The position numbers were made by a program, and so were the translations under genes. This document shows positions 15,805 through 24,049 of a stretch of 32,000 bases of DNA, piece by piece. Origin of the DNA: Pirellula staleyi DSM 6068 (GTDB lineage Bacteria; Planctomycetota; Planctomycetia; Pirellulales; Pirellulaceae); assembly GCA_000025185.1 (NCBI GenBank), contig CP001848.1, positions 2,100,001 through 2,132,000 of the forward strand, read 5' to 3'. Within the stretch, counting starts at the first letter, position 1; each line of letters opens with the position of its first letter. The notes under the pieces were generated by a model. It made no database searches. It had not been told where the DNA came from and worked only from the letters and a program-made list of their open reading frames with translations.

Positions 15805-17154
15805 GTGCTTGCTTCGTCGTTCGTGCTCGTCTGTTTGGCGCTGGCCCAGGTAACCGATCCGCCTGCCACCGCGCCTGCCGCTGCTGATAAGCCAGTTGCC
15901 GAGAAGCCGACTGCCGAGAAGCCAGCGGAGAAGGTCGATCTAGCAGTACAAGTCAAGGAGCTGGTGCGCAAGCTCGATAGCAGCGTGCAGGCCGATCGCG
16001 AAGCTGCTGAAAAAGATCTCGTGGCGCTTGGCTCGGCAATTCTTCCTTTGTTACCGGCAGTCAGCGATCGGACTCCCGCCGAGGTGAAGAATCGTTTGAC
16101 GCGAGTGCGTGCTGCGCTGCTGCAAAGTGCCGTGGAGTCGACCACCAAAACCTCGATGATCACGCTGCAAGGGAGCATGCTCTTCTCGAAAGCGATCGCA
16201 GAAATCGGCAAGCAAAGTGGCAACAGCTTTGTCGACTATCGCGAGCAATTCAATCAACAACAGCCCGACCCGACGATCGAAATCGACATCCAAAACAAAC
16301 CGTTTTGGGAAGCGGTCGACACGGTGCTCGATAAGGCAGGACTCACGATTTACAACTACGACGAAGAGGCTTCGGCCATCGCCTACACTGCCCGGGGGGA
16401 AGGGGCTGTCGATCGTGTGGGACGTGCCACCTATAGCGGAATATTTCGCATCGAACCGACACGCGTGCAGGCAACGCGCGACCTGCGAAATCCAGCCTCG
16501 CGCACGCTCCGTTTGACCCTCGATGTCGCCTGGGAACCACGGGTTCGGCCAATTGTGCTCGAACAACCCTTAGCCGAAGTCTCGGCCACCGATGATGCCG
16601 GCAATCCGATCGAAATCGATGGGAGCGAAGGGAATCCCGAAGTCTCCGTCGAAGGTGCCAATGCGGCTGTCGAGATGGACTACCTGCTGAAGTTGCCACC
16701 CCGCAGTGTGAATCAAGTGAAGTCGCTCAAGGGAAAGCTAACTGCGGTGGTGCTTGGGCGAGTCGAAGCGTTTGAGTTTGAGAATCTCGACAAAACGCGC
16801 GCTTCGCAGCAGCAGCGCGGAGGTGTGACGGTGACGGTCGATTCGTGTCGCAAAAACGACGAGATTTACGATGTGCAGTTTCGCGTGCGGTTCGACAAAG
16901 CGGCCAACGCCCTCGAGTCGCATCGAGGCTGGATCTACAACAACGAATGCTATTTGACAGCCGCCGATGGATCGCGGATCGAGAACGCTGGCCTCGAAGC
17001 GACGCTGGTCGACACCAACGAAGTGGGGCTTAGCTATAAGTTCGATATCGGCAATGCGAAGGATGCGACCGGTTTGAAGTTTGTGTACAAAACCCCCGCA
17101 GCGATTTTGAAGATCCCGGTCGAGTTCGAACTCGCGCCGATCGATCTTCCGTAG
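15805..17154 (+). CDS. Secreted hypothetical protein (449 aa)
   Basis: GTG at 15805 lies 4 nt after GAGGTGA. The signal-like N-terminus is LASSFVLVCLALAQ, followed by the linker AADKPVAEKPTAEKPAEK. The remainder reads as beta-rich. I recognise no family. Confidence 0.7.
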   Translation: MLASSFVLVCLALAQVTDPPATAPAAADKPVAEKPTAEKPAEKVDLAVQVKELVRKLDSSVQADREAAEKDLVALGSAILPLLPAVSDRTPAEVKNRLTRVRAALLQSAVESTTKTSMITLQGSMLFSKAIAEIGKQSGNSFVDYREQFNQQQPDPTIEIDIQNKPFWEAVDTVLDKAGLTIYNYDEEASAIAYTARGEGAVDRVGRATYSGIFRIEPTRVQATRDLRNPASRTLRLTLDVAWEPRVRPIVLEQPLAEVSATDDAGNPIEIDGSEGNPEVSVEGANAAVEMDYLLKLPPRSVNQVKSLKGKLTAVVLGRVEAFEFENLDKTRASQQQRGGVTVTVDSCRKNDEIYDVQFRVRFDKAANALESHRGWIYNNECYLTAADGSRIENAGLEATLVDTNEVGLSYKFDIGNAKDATGLKFVYKTPAAILKIPVEFELAPIDLP

Positions 17155-17244
17155 GTAATCCCCCGCGCTAGTTTCCTCGCAGTTGGTCCTTCTCCTCTCC
17201 CGTAATCGAAAGCACAGACCGGTCGGTAACTTCCCACACGAGCG

Positions 17245-18228
17245 ATGGCGATGAACCTTTTGGCGAAACTTCCAGCGACATGCGTAGCGGCAAGCTTACC
17301 GCTGTTGTTGCTCGTTGCGATGGGAGCAGCAGCTGAGCTGTCGGCCGACGAAACGCTCGCCACGGTGAATGGCCACGCAATCACGCGGGCCGATGTCGAT
17401 GCCTTCGTCGCCAAACTCGCACCACCCAAATCTTCGACTCAGCCACCACAGCCGGTCGAAGTGCCGGTGGTCGATAACCCCCAGCTGCGTGCCGAAACGC
17501 TCGCGATGCTAGTCGACCGAGAACTTGTCCTCTCGTTCCTCGAGCGATCAAAGCTCGCCGCTTCGGAGGAAGATATCGACTTGATCGTGGCCTCCTTCAC
17601 GCGCGAACTCACCACCCAAGGGCTCACGCTCGACGATCATTTGAAGCAGCAACAGTTGTCGCTCGCACGCTTTCGCCGCCAGCTACTCTGGAACGAATCG
17701 TGGAAAAAATATGTCGCTCGACAGACCACCGATGCCAATCTCGAGAAGTTTTTTACGAAAAGGGTGCGAGACTTCGATGGAACACGGATTCGTGTGGCAC
17801 ACTTGCGTCTGCCGGTCGATGCCAATGCGACGCCGGAAGCAGCCGAGCAAGTGATGGCACGTGCACGCGAGATCAAGCGGTCGATTGATGCGGGCGAGCT
17901 GACTTTTGCAGCGGCCTGTCAGCAGTTTTCGGAAGCACCGTCGGCCAAGTCGGGGGGCGAACTAGGCTGGATTGGCCGACACGATTCGATGCCCGAACCA
18001 TTTGCTGCTGCCGCCTTCTCTCTCGAGGTGGGGCAGACGAGTGGGCCGGTCCTCTCTCCAGTCGGTGTGCAGCTAGTGCATTGTTTGGCGATCGAACCTG
18101 GGAAGCGGAAATGGCATGAAGTTCGTGGTGAACTGCAGTCCGCTGTCGTGAAATACTTGTTCCGCTGGATCGCCGATCACGAGCGTAAAACCGCCAGTGT
18201 GGTGATGGCAGCGGCAGAACCTAGATAA
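17245..18228 (+). CDS. Peptidyl-prolyl cis-trans isomerase, parvulin (PpiC/SurA/PrsA-like)
   Basis: There is a signal peptide, then a SurA-like N-terminal helical region. The rotamase core follows: RVAHLRL...FAAACQQFSEAPSAKSGGELGWIGRHDSMPEPFAAAAFSLEVGQTSGPVLSPVGVQLVHCL. Confidence 0.85.
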   Translation: MAMNLLAKLPATCVAASLPLLLLVAMGAAAELSADETLATVNGHAITRADVDAFVAKLAPPKSSTQPPQPVEVPVVDNPQLRAETLAMLVDRELVLSFLERSKLAASEEDIDLIVASFTRELTTQGLTLDDHLKQQQLSLARFRRQLLWNESWKKYVARQTTDANLEKFFTKRVRDFDGTRIRVAHLRLPVDANATPEAAEQVMARAREIKRSIDAGELTFAAACQQFSEAPSAKSGGELGWIGRHDSMPEPFAAAAFSLEVGQTSGPVLSPVGVQLVHCLAIEPGKRKWHEVRGELQSAVVKYLFRWIADHERKTASVVMAAAEPR

Positions 18229-18264
18229 CCTTTCGATAATGGCGCGAGAGAGGCAGTTGTTGCT

Positions 18265-19362
18265 GTGACGATGATTTCGCTCAACTACGCAGCGGCCCGT
18301 CAGAATTTTCTGCGGGCGGCCCGTTCCGCTGGAGCGACCGTCGAGAGTCTCCCGCTTGCTCCATCCCCCCATGCGACCGGATTGCACTTCACCCTGGGTG
18401 GTGGTGAGCCGCTCGGGATCGACGTGGCAATTCTCGGCAGCAAGAACCCGCAACGAACCGTTGTGGTCTCCAGCGGCGTGCATGGTGTCGAAGGCCCAAT
18501 CGGCTCGGCTGTTCAAACCGCGTGGCTCCGCAGCATGAAGGGTGGCTCGCTACCCTCCGACACGCGCGTGGTGCTGCTGCACGCACTCAATCCGGTCAGC
18601 TGGCTCCATCAGCGTCGCGTTCATCCGGGCAACATCGACCTCAATCGCAACTTTCTCTTGCCGGGGGAGTGCTATTCGGGTCGTCCACCAGGTTGGGACG
18701 AAGTCTCGCCGTGGATTCATCCGTCGCAAATGCCGTCGATCGCTCCCGGCGATCTGGGAATGCAGATCCTGCAGAAATTCGGCCCCCGTTTGCTCGGCAT
18801 CGTGCCGGTTGGGCAGTACGACGTTCCCGAAGGTCTGTTCTACGGCGGCGATGCCCCGCTCCCGGTTGTTTCAGTCCTGGCGACCAGTTTGCCGAACTGG
18901 GTCGGCTCGGCTCAGCAGGTGATTCACCTCGACCTCCATTCGGGGCTCGGGGAATGGTGCACCACCGAACTGCTGCTGTGCGACGATGCCAGCGAAGCCC
19001 TTCGGCGCGATGCAGCCCAGCGTTTTCGCCGTCCCCAGCTCGCCATTAAGCCGGGAGGCAGCCAACTGGCGACCGGGGCGGTCTATCCCACCCGAGGTGG
19101 CTTCGATCGCTGGTGCGTCGATCTCTTTCGCGATCGATCCTATCTGTTTGTCACCGTTGAGTTTGGGACCTATCCGCTGGCCTATAACCTGGGGATGCTC
19201 GTGGTCGAGAACTACGCCGCTAACCACCTAGAGGACGACGACCCCCAGCGCCAAACAGCGTGCGAACTCCTCCTTGCAACCTTTTGTCCCCGACATGCCG
19301 TTTGGCAGCAGTCGTCGATCGATCACGGCCTGGCCCATATCAGTGAGTCTGTTCGTCCGTAA
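18265..19362 (+). CDS. DUF2817 / M14 metallocarboxypeptidase-like protein
   Basis: SSGVHGVEGPIG supplies the HxxE zinc motif, LLHALNPVSWLHQRRVHPGNIDLNRNF is present, and HLDLHSGLG supplies the third His ligand. The start is GTG at 18265 or ATG at 18271. Confidence 0.75.
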   Translation: MTMISLNYAAARQNFLRAARSAGATVESLPLAPSPHATGLHFTLGGGEPLGIDVAILGSKNPQRTVVVSSGVHGVEGPIGSAVQTAWLRSMKGGSLPSDTRVVLLHALNPVSWLHQRRVHPGNIDLNRNFLLPGECYSGRPPGWDEVSPWIHPSQMPSIAPGDLGMQILQKFGPRLLGIVPVGQYDVPEGLFYGGDAPLPVVSVLATSLPNWVGSAQQVIHLDLHSGLGEWCTTELLLCDDASEALRRDAAQRFRRPQLAIKPGGSQLATGAVYPTRGGFDRWCVDLFRDRSYLFVTVEFGTYPLAYNLGMLVVENYAANHLEDDDPQRQTACELLLATFCPRHAVWQQSSIDHGLAHISESVRP

Positions 19363-19571
19363 GTCTAAGTATTCAATATGTTTGCGGCGATCTCTGTCCC
19401 TTTGCGGATTGGAGGAATCCGGCCGCTTATACCTTCCCGCAAAAACAAACCACCCTCTGCTAGCACGATCTTCCGATGAACATCGATGCGCGAGCAGCGT
19501 AGATTCAAGGATTCGATCTGCTTAGTGGCGACGCAAGTTGCCAGCGAGTGTCGAGTTTGTAGCCAAAAACG

Positions 19572-19600
19572 TTGACCCTTCCTTCACTTAGGGCTACGAT
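19572..19600 (+). promoter_or_regulatory. Candidate sigma70-type promoter upstream of the GNAT gene
   Basis: TTGACC (19572-19577) is followed by a 17-nt spacer and TACGAT (19595-19600), about 70 nt upstream of ATG 19672. This rests on the sequence pattern only. Confidence 0.3.
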
Positions 19601-19671
19601 TTGGGCATCCAGCCAACGCTGCTTGGGGCCACCCCAGGCTTCGCAGCACGTTCCACCGACCGGACCTTTTT

Positions 19672-20301
19672 ATGGGCGTTACCTACTTCAAACGCTTCCG
19701 CATGGAGATCGATCTCCCTGCTTACGGTCCGAAACTCCCCGCGCTTTCAGCCACGGCCATTGCCGGTGGACGTTCGCTCGCTCCTCCCCCACTCGCCGTC
19801 GACCCGGCTCTCGCGTCGCAAGGCTATTCGCTCCTGGCCTGGAGTCCGAAGCTGATCGAAGCCCATTCCGACGTGAAGTTTCGCAGTTTTCGCTTTGAAC
19901 TCGATGCTAACGTCTTCCCCTGCCTGGGCGACCGCGAAGGTTGCTATCGGCTGATGGGAGACATTGTGAAACGCGAAGGCTTTGTGCCGCAAGCAACCTG
20001 GCTGGCCCAGTGCTGGCCCGACAACGCCACGCGTCCCGATTTGTGCGGCACCATTCAAGGGATCAGCGACGGCCAAGGGCTCGGGGCGGTGCAAAACATC
20101 GGCGTCACCCCCACGCATCGAGGCAAAGGGATCGGCAGCCTGCTCGTTCGGGCCGCTTTGCAAGGGTTTGCCGAAGCTGGTTGTCGCCGCGTCTTTCTCG
20201 AAGTGACGGCCCAAAACACCGGAGCGGTCCGGCTCTACGAACGTCTGGGATTTCGCATCACCAAGACGGTCTACAAGGCGTCGGAGGTTGCGTACGCCTA
20301 G
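19672..20301 (+). CDS. GNAT-family N-acetyltransferase
   Basis: The acetyl-CoA binding motif A is VQNIGVTPTHRGKGIGSLLVRAAL, followed by RVFLEVTAQNTGAVRLYERLGFRI. Confidence 0.85.
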   Translation: MGVTYFKRFRMEIDLPAYGPKLPALSATAIAGGRSLAPPPLAVDPALASQGYSLLAWSPKLIEAHSDVKFRSFRFELDANVFPCLGDREGCYRLMGDIVKREGFVPQATWLAQCWPDNATRPDLCGTIQGISDGQGLGAVQNIGVTPTHRGKGIGSLLVRAALQGFAEAGCRRVFLEVTAQNTGAVRLYERLGFRITKTVYKASEVAYA

Positions 20302-20434
20302 CCGCCCGGATAGCCTTTCTTAATTGCTCGCAGCACGCGACGTGGCTGCCTCTTGTCGAGCTTCAGCCGGTGGCTCTGTCCCCTGCCCTGCTCTGTTTGA
20401 CTCCCCAACTATTGATTGTGAGATACCCTCTCTC

Positions 20435-21670
20435 GTGAGCCAGCAGATTCATTCGCATCGGTTTCCCTGTGGCCTGACCCTTGTTGCCGAAGAAATGAAT
20501 TGGCTCGAATCGGCCGCTTTCGCTCTGCTGTTGCCCGGCGGTGTGGTGCGCGAAACCTCGTCGCAAGGGGGACTCGCCAGCCTGACGACCGAAATGGTGC
20601 AGCGCGGCGCTGGCTCGCGCGATAGCCGCCAACTGGTTGCCGATCTCGAGAACCTCGGCGCTGAAACCTCCGCCAGCGTTTCGATCGCTCACACCTCGCT
20701 CGGTGGCGCTATGCCCGCCGAGAGCCTGATGCCGGTGCTGTCGATCTACGCCGACATCGCCCGCCGCCCCATCATTCCCGCCGATCAACTCGAAGATGCC
20801 CGCAACGCCTGTCTGCAGGAAGTTCGCAGCGTCGAAGATGACCTGGCACAGAAGTCGATGCAAAAGCTCCGGATGCAGCACTACGGATCACCGTGGGGCC
20901 GTTCGTCGCAAGGGACACTGGAGTCTGTCGCGAGTCACTCGATCGACGATGTGCAGAATTTCTACGCCACCAACTTCAAGCCCGAAAAAGGGATCCTCAC
21001 CGTCGCCGGCAAGTTCGACTGGGAAGCGCTCAAGGATCAAGTTGCCAATCTGTTTGGCGATTGGGGAGGCGAGTCCAATGCCCCCGATACGCAGGTGACG
21101 GGCGAAATGGGCTACACCCATATCCAGGCCGAATCGAGCCAAACGCACATCGCCGTCGCGTTCGAGGCACTGCCATATAGCCATCAAGATTACTTTCAGC
21201 TGCGGGGTGCCATCGGCGCTCTCAGCGATGGCATGAGCAGCCGGCTGTTTAGCGAAGTCCGCGAAAAACGAGGACTTTGCTACACGGTCTACGCCAGCGT
21301 GCATAGCCTTCGCGATCGTGGAAGCGTGATTGCCTACAGTGGCACCACCGCCGAACGGGCCCAAGAAACGCTGGATGTATTGGTCGCCGAACTGCTCCGG
21401 CTTCACGACGGGGTCGAGGAAATCGAGATCCAGCAGCTGAAGCGGCGATTCAAGCGCTCGATGATCATGCAGCAAGAGAGCAGCACCAGCCGCGCGGGAA
21501 GCATCGCCTACGACTGGTATCACCTGGCCCGGGTCCGCACGATCAAAGAGCTGAGTCAGATTGTCGATTCGCTCTCGTCCGAGACCGTCAATCGCTACCT
21601 GGCAGCGAGTCGCCCGCAGCGATTCACCATCGTCACCGTCGGCCCTAAACCCCTCACTCCACCGGTTTAA
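20435..21670 (+). CDS. M16 (pitrilysin/insulinase) family peptidase-like protein lacking the HxxEH zinc motif
   Basis: GTG at 20435 (VSQQIHSHRF) lies within ORF 20324..21670. The M16 N- and C-domain pattern is present (GLTLVAEE...GGVVRETSSQGGLASLTTEMVQRGAG...RLFSEVREKRGLCYTVYA). ASLTTE occupies the position where HxLEH is expected. Confidence 0.75.
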   Translation: MSQQIHSHRFPCGLTLVAEEMNWLESAAFALLLPGGVVRETSSQGGLASLTTEMVQRGAGSRDSRQLVADLENLGAETSASVSIAHTSLGGAMPAESLMPVLSIYADIARRPIIPADQLEDARNACLQEVRSVEDDLAQKSMQKLRMQHYGSPWGRSSQGTLESVASHSIDDVQNFYATNFKPEKGILTVAGKFDWEALKDQVANLFGDWGGESNAPDTQVTGEMGYTHIQAESSQTHIAVAFEALPYSHQDYFQLRGAIGALSDGMSSRLFSEVREKRGLCYTVYASVHSLRDRGSVIAYSGTTAERAQETLDVLVAELLRLHDGVEEIEIQQLKRRFKRSMIMQQESSTSRAGSIAYDWYHLARVRTIKELSQIVDSLSSETVNRYLAASRPQRFTIVTVGPKPLTPPV

Positions 21671-21911
21671 GTGTCGCAGCCCCACGAGCCCCTTCCGCAG
21701 CGCTGCCACTGTCCTCTCTCCCTGCCGCGACGTAGAATGGATATAGCAGTGAGGAGTGAACCTCGGTTCCCCTTCCCTGCTCTTTACTCGGGATGTGGCT
21801 CCAAGAAACGGGGGCTGCTTGTCGATAAAGTATCCGAAGGTGGCTCATCGCCTGGTCTGAATGGTGCAGATCGCGAGGGTGAATCACTGGAAGAAACCGT
21901 TTTTCTGCTTC

Positions 21912-22270
21912 GGGGGCGAACTGGATTCGACCGGATAGCCTGAAGCGAATACGGCGTGCCGTGGTTGATCAGATGGCCACGTAAAAAGCTGATCACAAAC
22001 TTAACTGCCGAGAGCAATCTCGCACTTGCTGCCTAACTAAACGGTAGCTTCCGACTGAGGGCTTTAGCCGGAGAGGCCCAAAAGTTGGTCACCAAATCCG
22101 GACCGCCTCGTGCCATGATCGAAACGCACGAGGTCAAAAAAGTTTCGATCTAGTGCAGGGTGTAGCCAGCAGCTAGGCGACAAACTGTGCAAAAATCAAA
22201 TTTTCTGCTACGCACGTAGATGTGTTCGTGAAAATGTCTCGGGACGGGGGTTCAATTCCCCCCGCCTCCA
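21912..22270 (+). ncRNA. ssrA: tmRNA (transfer-messenger RNA), one-piece
   Basis: The 5' end GGGGGCGAACTGGATTCGAC pairs with the 3' CGCCTCC-A acceptor strand and includes the G3.U pair. The T-arm GGACGGGGGTTCAATTCCCCCCGCC precedes the 3' end. The tag ORF is GCC GAG AGC AAT CTC GCA CTT GCT GCC TAA (22007-22036), giving (A)AESNLALAA, and is preceded by GTAAAAAGC as in E. coli ssrA. CCA is not encoded. Confidence 0.93.
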
Positions 22271-22274
22271 CTGA

Positions 22275-22312
22275 AAGCCGATTTGCGACGAAAGTTGTAA
22301 GTCGGCTTTTTT
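22275..22312 (+). terminator. Rho-independent terminator of ssrA
   Basis: AAGCCGATTTGCGAC-GAAA-GTTGTAAGTCGGCTT forms a 15-bp stem (three G.U pairs) with a GAAA tetraloop. It is followed by further Ts (TTTT), 22309-22312. Confidence 0.85.
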
Positions 22313-22371
22313 CGTGCACTTTTCAGGGCGTTTGGCAGGAGTCCAGCGAGGCTCGCTGAGCGAGGAGGCTG

Positions 22372-22758
22372 CTATTTGCCGCGCGAGGAGGTCCGAAAGA
22401 TCGGGGCGGCGCTCAACGTGAAAACAATAATCTCCTCGCCACTCACGGTGCTAATATCGTGATGCAAACTCACGACTGGAATGCCGGTGATGTCGCTGAT
22501 CATGGTGTCAAGTGCAGTCCGGGCAATCTCGACCAATTGCGAGCGCACCTGCTTCAGCAGATCGCGTCCTTTATCCGGTGGCAGCGCTTTCACCAGGTGC
22601 TGCTCGGCCGCAGTTAGCACGCCTTGCAAGCGGATAAACACCACATCGTCCATCACGTGCGTGCGAATCGCGCGGGGGCCACGTCCCATGAACTCGAGCT
22701 GGAATCGAGAGATTCCATCGCAGATCGCCGATTCAATCTCACCTTGAGTTTTCAACAT
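22372..22758 (-). CDS. MpsC/DUF2294-family protein
   Basis: GEIESAICDGISRFQLEFMGRGPRAIRTHVMDDVVFIRLQGVLTAAEQHL...LLKQVRSQLVE...ISDITGIPVVSLHHDISTVSGEEIIVFTL matches my recollection of the DUF2294 (Pfam MpsC) consensus along its whole length. Confidence 0.85.
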   Translation of the reverse strand: MLKTQGEIESAICDGISRFQLEFMGRGPRAIRTHVMDDVVFIRLQGVLTAAEQHLVKALPPDKGRDLLKQVRSQLVEIARTALDTMISDITGIPVVSLHHDISTVSGEEIIVFTLSAAPIFRTSSRGK

Positions 22759-22808
22759 ATAATTCCACTGGTCCTACTATTTATATTTAATGTCAATATA
22801 AGTGTTAG

Positions 22809-22817
22809 TGTTATAAG
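22809..22817 (+). promoter_or_regulatory. Candidate extended -10 element (TGtTATAAG) inside the AT-rich divergent intergenic region
   Basis: 22759-22840 is the most AT-rich stretch of the window. TGTTATAAG on the plus strand has only a weak -35 (ATGTCA-like). A TTGACA also exists on the minus strand upstream of the DUF2294 gene. Pattern only. Confidence 0.25.
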
Positions 22818-23116
22818 GAATTTGCTACTTAAGATCGGAAGGTAGCAAGGCTTCGGCAGAGAGAAGCGGAGTTCATCGTACACCTAAGTGAGGTTGGTGC
22901 GACCCTAGGGGCCAGAACTTTTGTCAATCGAGAATTCAGTCGAGTTGCGGTTTTTACCGCTTGCTTTGCTGCAGAAGAAGCGTAGGATCAATGCGTCGAG
23001 AAGTTGTTCGCCGGCCAAAGAAGGCCTCCAAACCTTCTGGGCACTGCAAGCAAATACTACGGATGACTAGATAAAGGGCAACCTGACACCGTCAGGGGGA
23101 CCGTTAAAAAGTAAGC

Positions 23117-23163
23117 CGGTGTGCTGGATCGTTTCAAAGCGATCTGGCACACCGGTTTTTTTA
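23117..23163 (+). terminator. Strong orphan intrinsic terminator (bidirectional-type architecture)
   Basis: CCGGTGTGCTGGATCG (23117-23132) pairs with CGATCTGGCACACCGG (23141-23156). The 16-bp stem has two G.U pairs and an 8-nt loop, followed by T7 (23157-23163). An A-rich tract (TTAAAAAGTAA) lies immediately upstream. No ORF of 60 aa or more ends upstream on either strand. Confidence 0.75.
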
Positions 23164-23258
23164 TGCGCAGATCGCAAGTTCATCGTCTTTTATAGCCGTT
23201 TTTAGCGGTTTCGGCGATGTTTCGCGAGTTTCGCTGAGAGCGCAAAGGCGTGCGATCG

Positions 23259-23486
23259 ATGGTAGTCACGAGTGAATTTGCAGTCGTTTCGCCTGGTTGG
23301 GTCGATGTGGTCCTGGACCCTGACGACGATCTGATCGCGGAACTCGGGAATCGAATGGGGCGAGTCTGGGCCTGCGAAAGATTCATTCGTCTCGCCAGCG
23401 GAAACCCAGAACTCGTGGCATTCTGGGAAAGTATCCAATTGAAGGAACAAGAAAGAATTGAGCAGATCAAATCGCTACTCAAATAG
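23259..23486 (+). CDS. Small acidic hypothetical protein (75 aa)
   Basis: ORF 23250..23486, starting at ATG 23259 or GTG 23250. MVVTSEFAVVSPGWVDVVLDPDDDLIAELGNRMGRVWACERFIRLASGNPELVAFWESIQLKEQERIEQIKSLLK has protein-like composition. The overlapping antisense ORF 23180..23482 is Ser/Arg-rich junk. I recognise no family. Confidence 0.5.
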   Translation: MVVTSEFAVVSPGWVDVVLDPDDDLIAELGNRMGRVWACERFIRLASGNPELVAFWESIQLKEQERIEQIKSLLK

Positions 23487-23541
23487 TGGACATATTAACA
23501 CTCTTGGAGTGGTTGGTGTTGAATCTGATGACGTGAATCTC

Positions 23542-24015
23542 ATGAGCAAAGCAGACTTGAATGTCGCTGAGCAACTCGCTGCAGTCATTGAAAAATATCA
23601 ACTCGAGCGGACAGGACATGCCCCCACTTCGGTCTCGGTGATTCTCGGTGAAGACACCCTCGTCGTCACCTTGCGTGATGCTTTAACCAAAGCCGAACGA
23701 ACGTTAGCGCAAACCCGTGAAGGGGCTGCGCGAGTACAAGAGTTTCACCGCAAATTGTTTGCGAGTTCGGAAGACCAGCTCAGTGCAGAAATCTTGCGGA
23801 TTACGGGACGCAAGGTGCAGGAGTCGGCAGCAGAGATTCAGCCGGACACTGGGACTGTGGTGCACGCGTTTACGACCGGAGCCATGGTGCAAATGTTCAT
23901 GCTGACCAAAGAAGAGCCTCCGCCCCTTTCCGATGAGACCAAGTCTGAATTGGTCATCGACAAGGGGAAAGATGGCGGAATGGGACAGGGTCACGACGAA
24001 GGTGGCTCCGGCTAA
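23542..24015 (+). CDS. Divergent MpsC/DUF2294-like protein with Gly/Asp-rich C-terminal extension
   Basis: ATG at 23542 lies within ORF 23458..24015. VAEQLAAVIEKYQLERTGHAPTSVSVILGEDTLVVTLRDALTKAERTL...FHRKLFASSEDQLSAEILRITGRKVQES...VVHAFTTGAMVQMFML has the same architecture as 22372..22758 but low identity to it. Confidence 0.7.
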   Translation: MSKADLNVAEQLAAVIEKYQLERTGHAPTSVSVILGEDTLVVTLRDALTKAERTLAQTREGAARVQEFHRKLFASSEDQLSAEILRITGRKVQESAAEIQPDTGTVVHAFTTGAMVQMFMLTKEEPPPLSDETKSELVIDKGKDGGMGQGHDEGGSG

Positions 24016-24049
24016 CGAACTCATAGGTGGTGCGGATAGAAGGTGGGAA

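Noticed and set aside
21810-21830. GGGGGCTGCTTG, resembling a tmRNA 5' end (GGGGCUG...), about 100 nt upstream of my call.
   Set aside because: It is not followed by the conserved GGAUUCGAC. It does not pair with the 3' acceptor strand CGCCTCC as well as GGGGGCG at 21912 does.
22992-23075. A 27-codon, highly basic small ORF (MRREVVRRPKKASKPSGHCKQILRMTR) inside the candidate sRNA/leader.
   Set aside because: The AGGA is only 3 nt from the ATG, no family is recognisable, and conservation cannot be assessed here. It could be a leader peptide but is unsupported.
22871-23187. A 10-nt direct repeat AGTTCATCGT (22871-22880 and 23178-23187) bracketing about 300 bp that include the orphan terminator. 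This could be a target-site duplication of a MITE-like insertion.
   Set aside because: I could find no terminal inverted repeats just inside the repeats, and no transposase. A single 10-mer pair could arise by chance. It is worth a genome-wide copy search but cannot be supported as a mobile element.
23180-23482. A 100-aa minus-strand ORF overlapping the 23259..23486 plus-strand ORF.
   Set aside because: It is Ser/Arg/Thr-rich and low-complexity. The plus-strand frame has balanced, protein-like composition and sits in an operon-like position.
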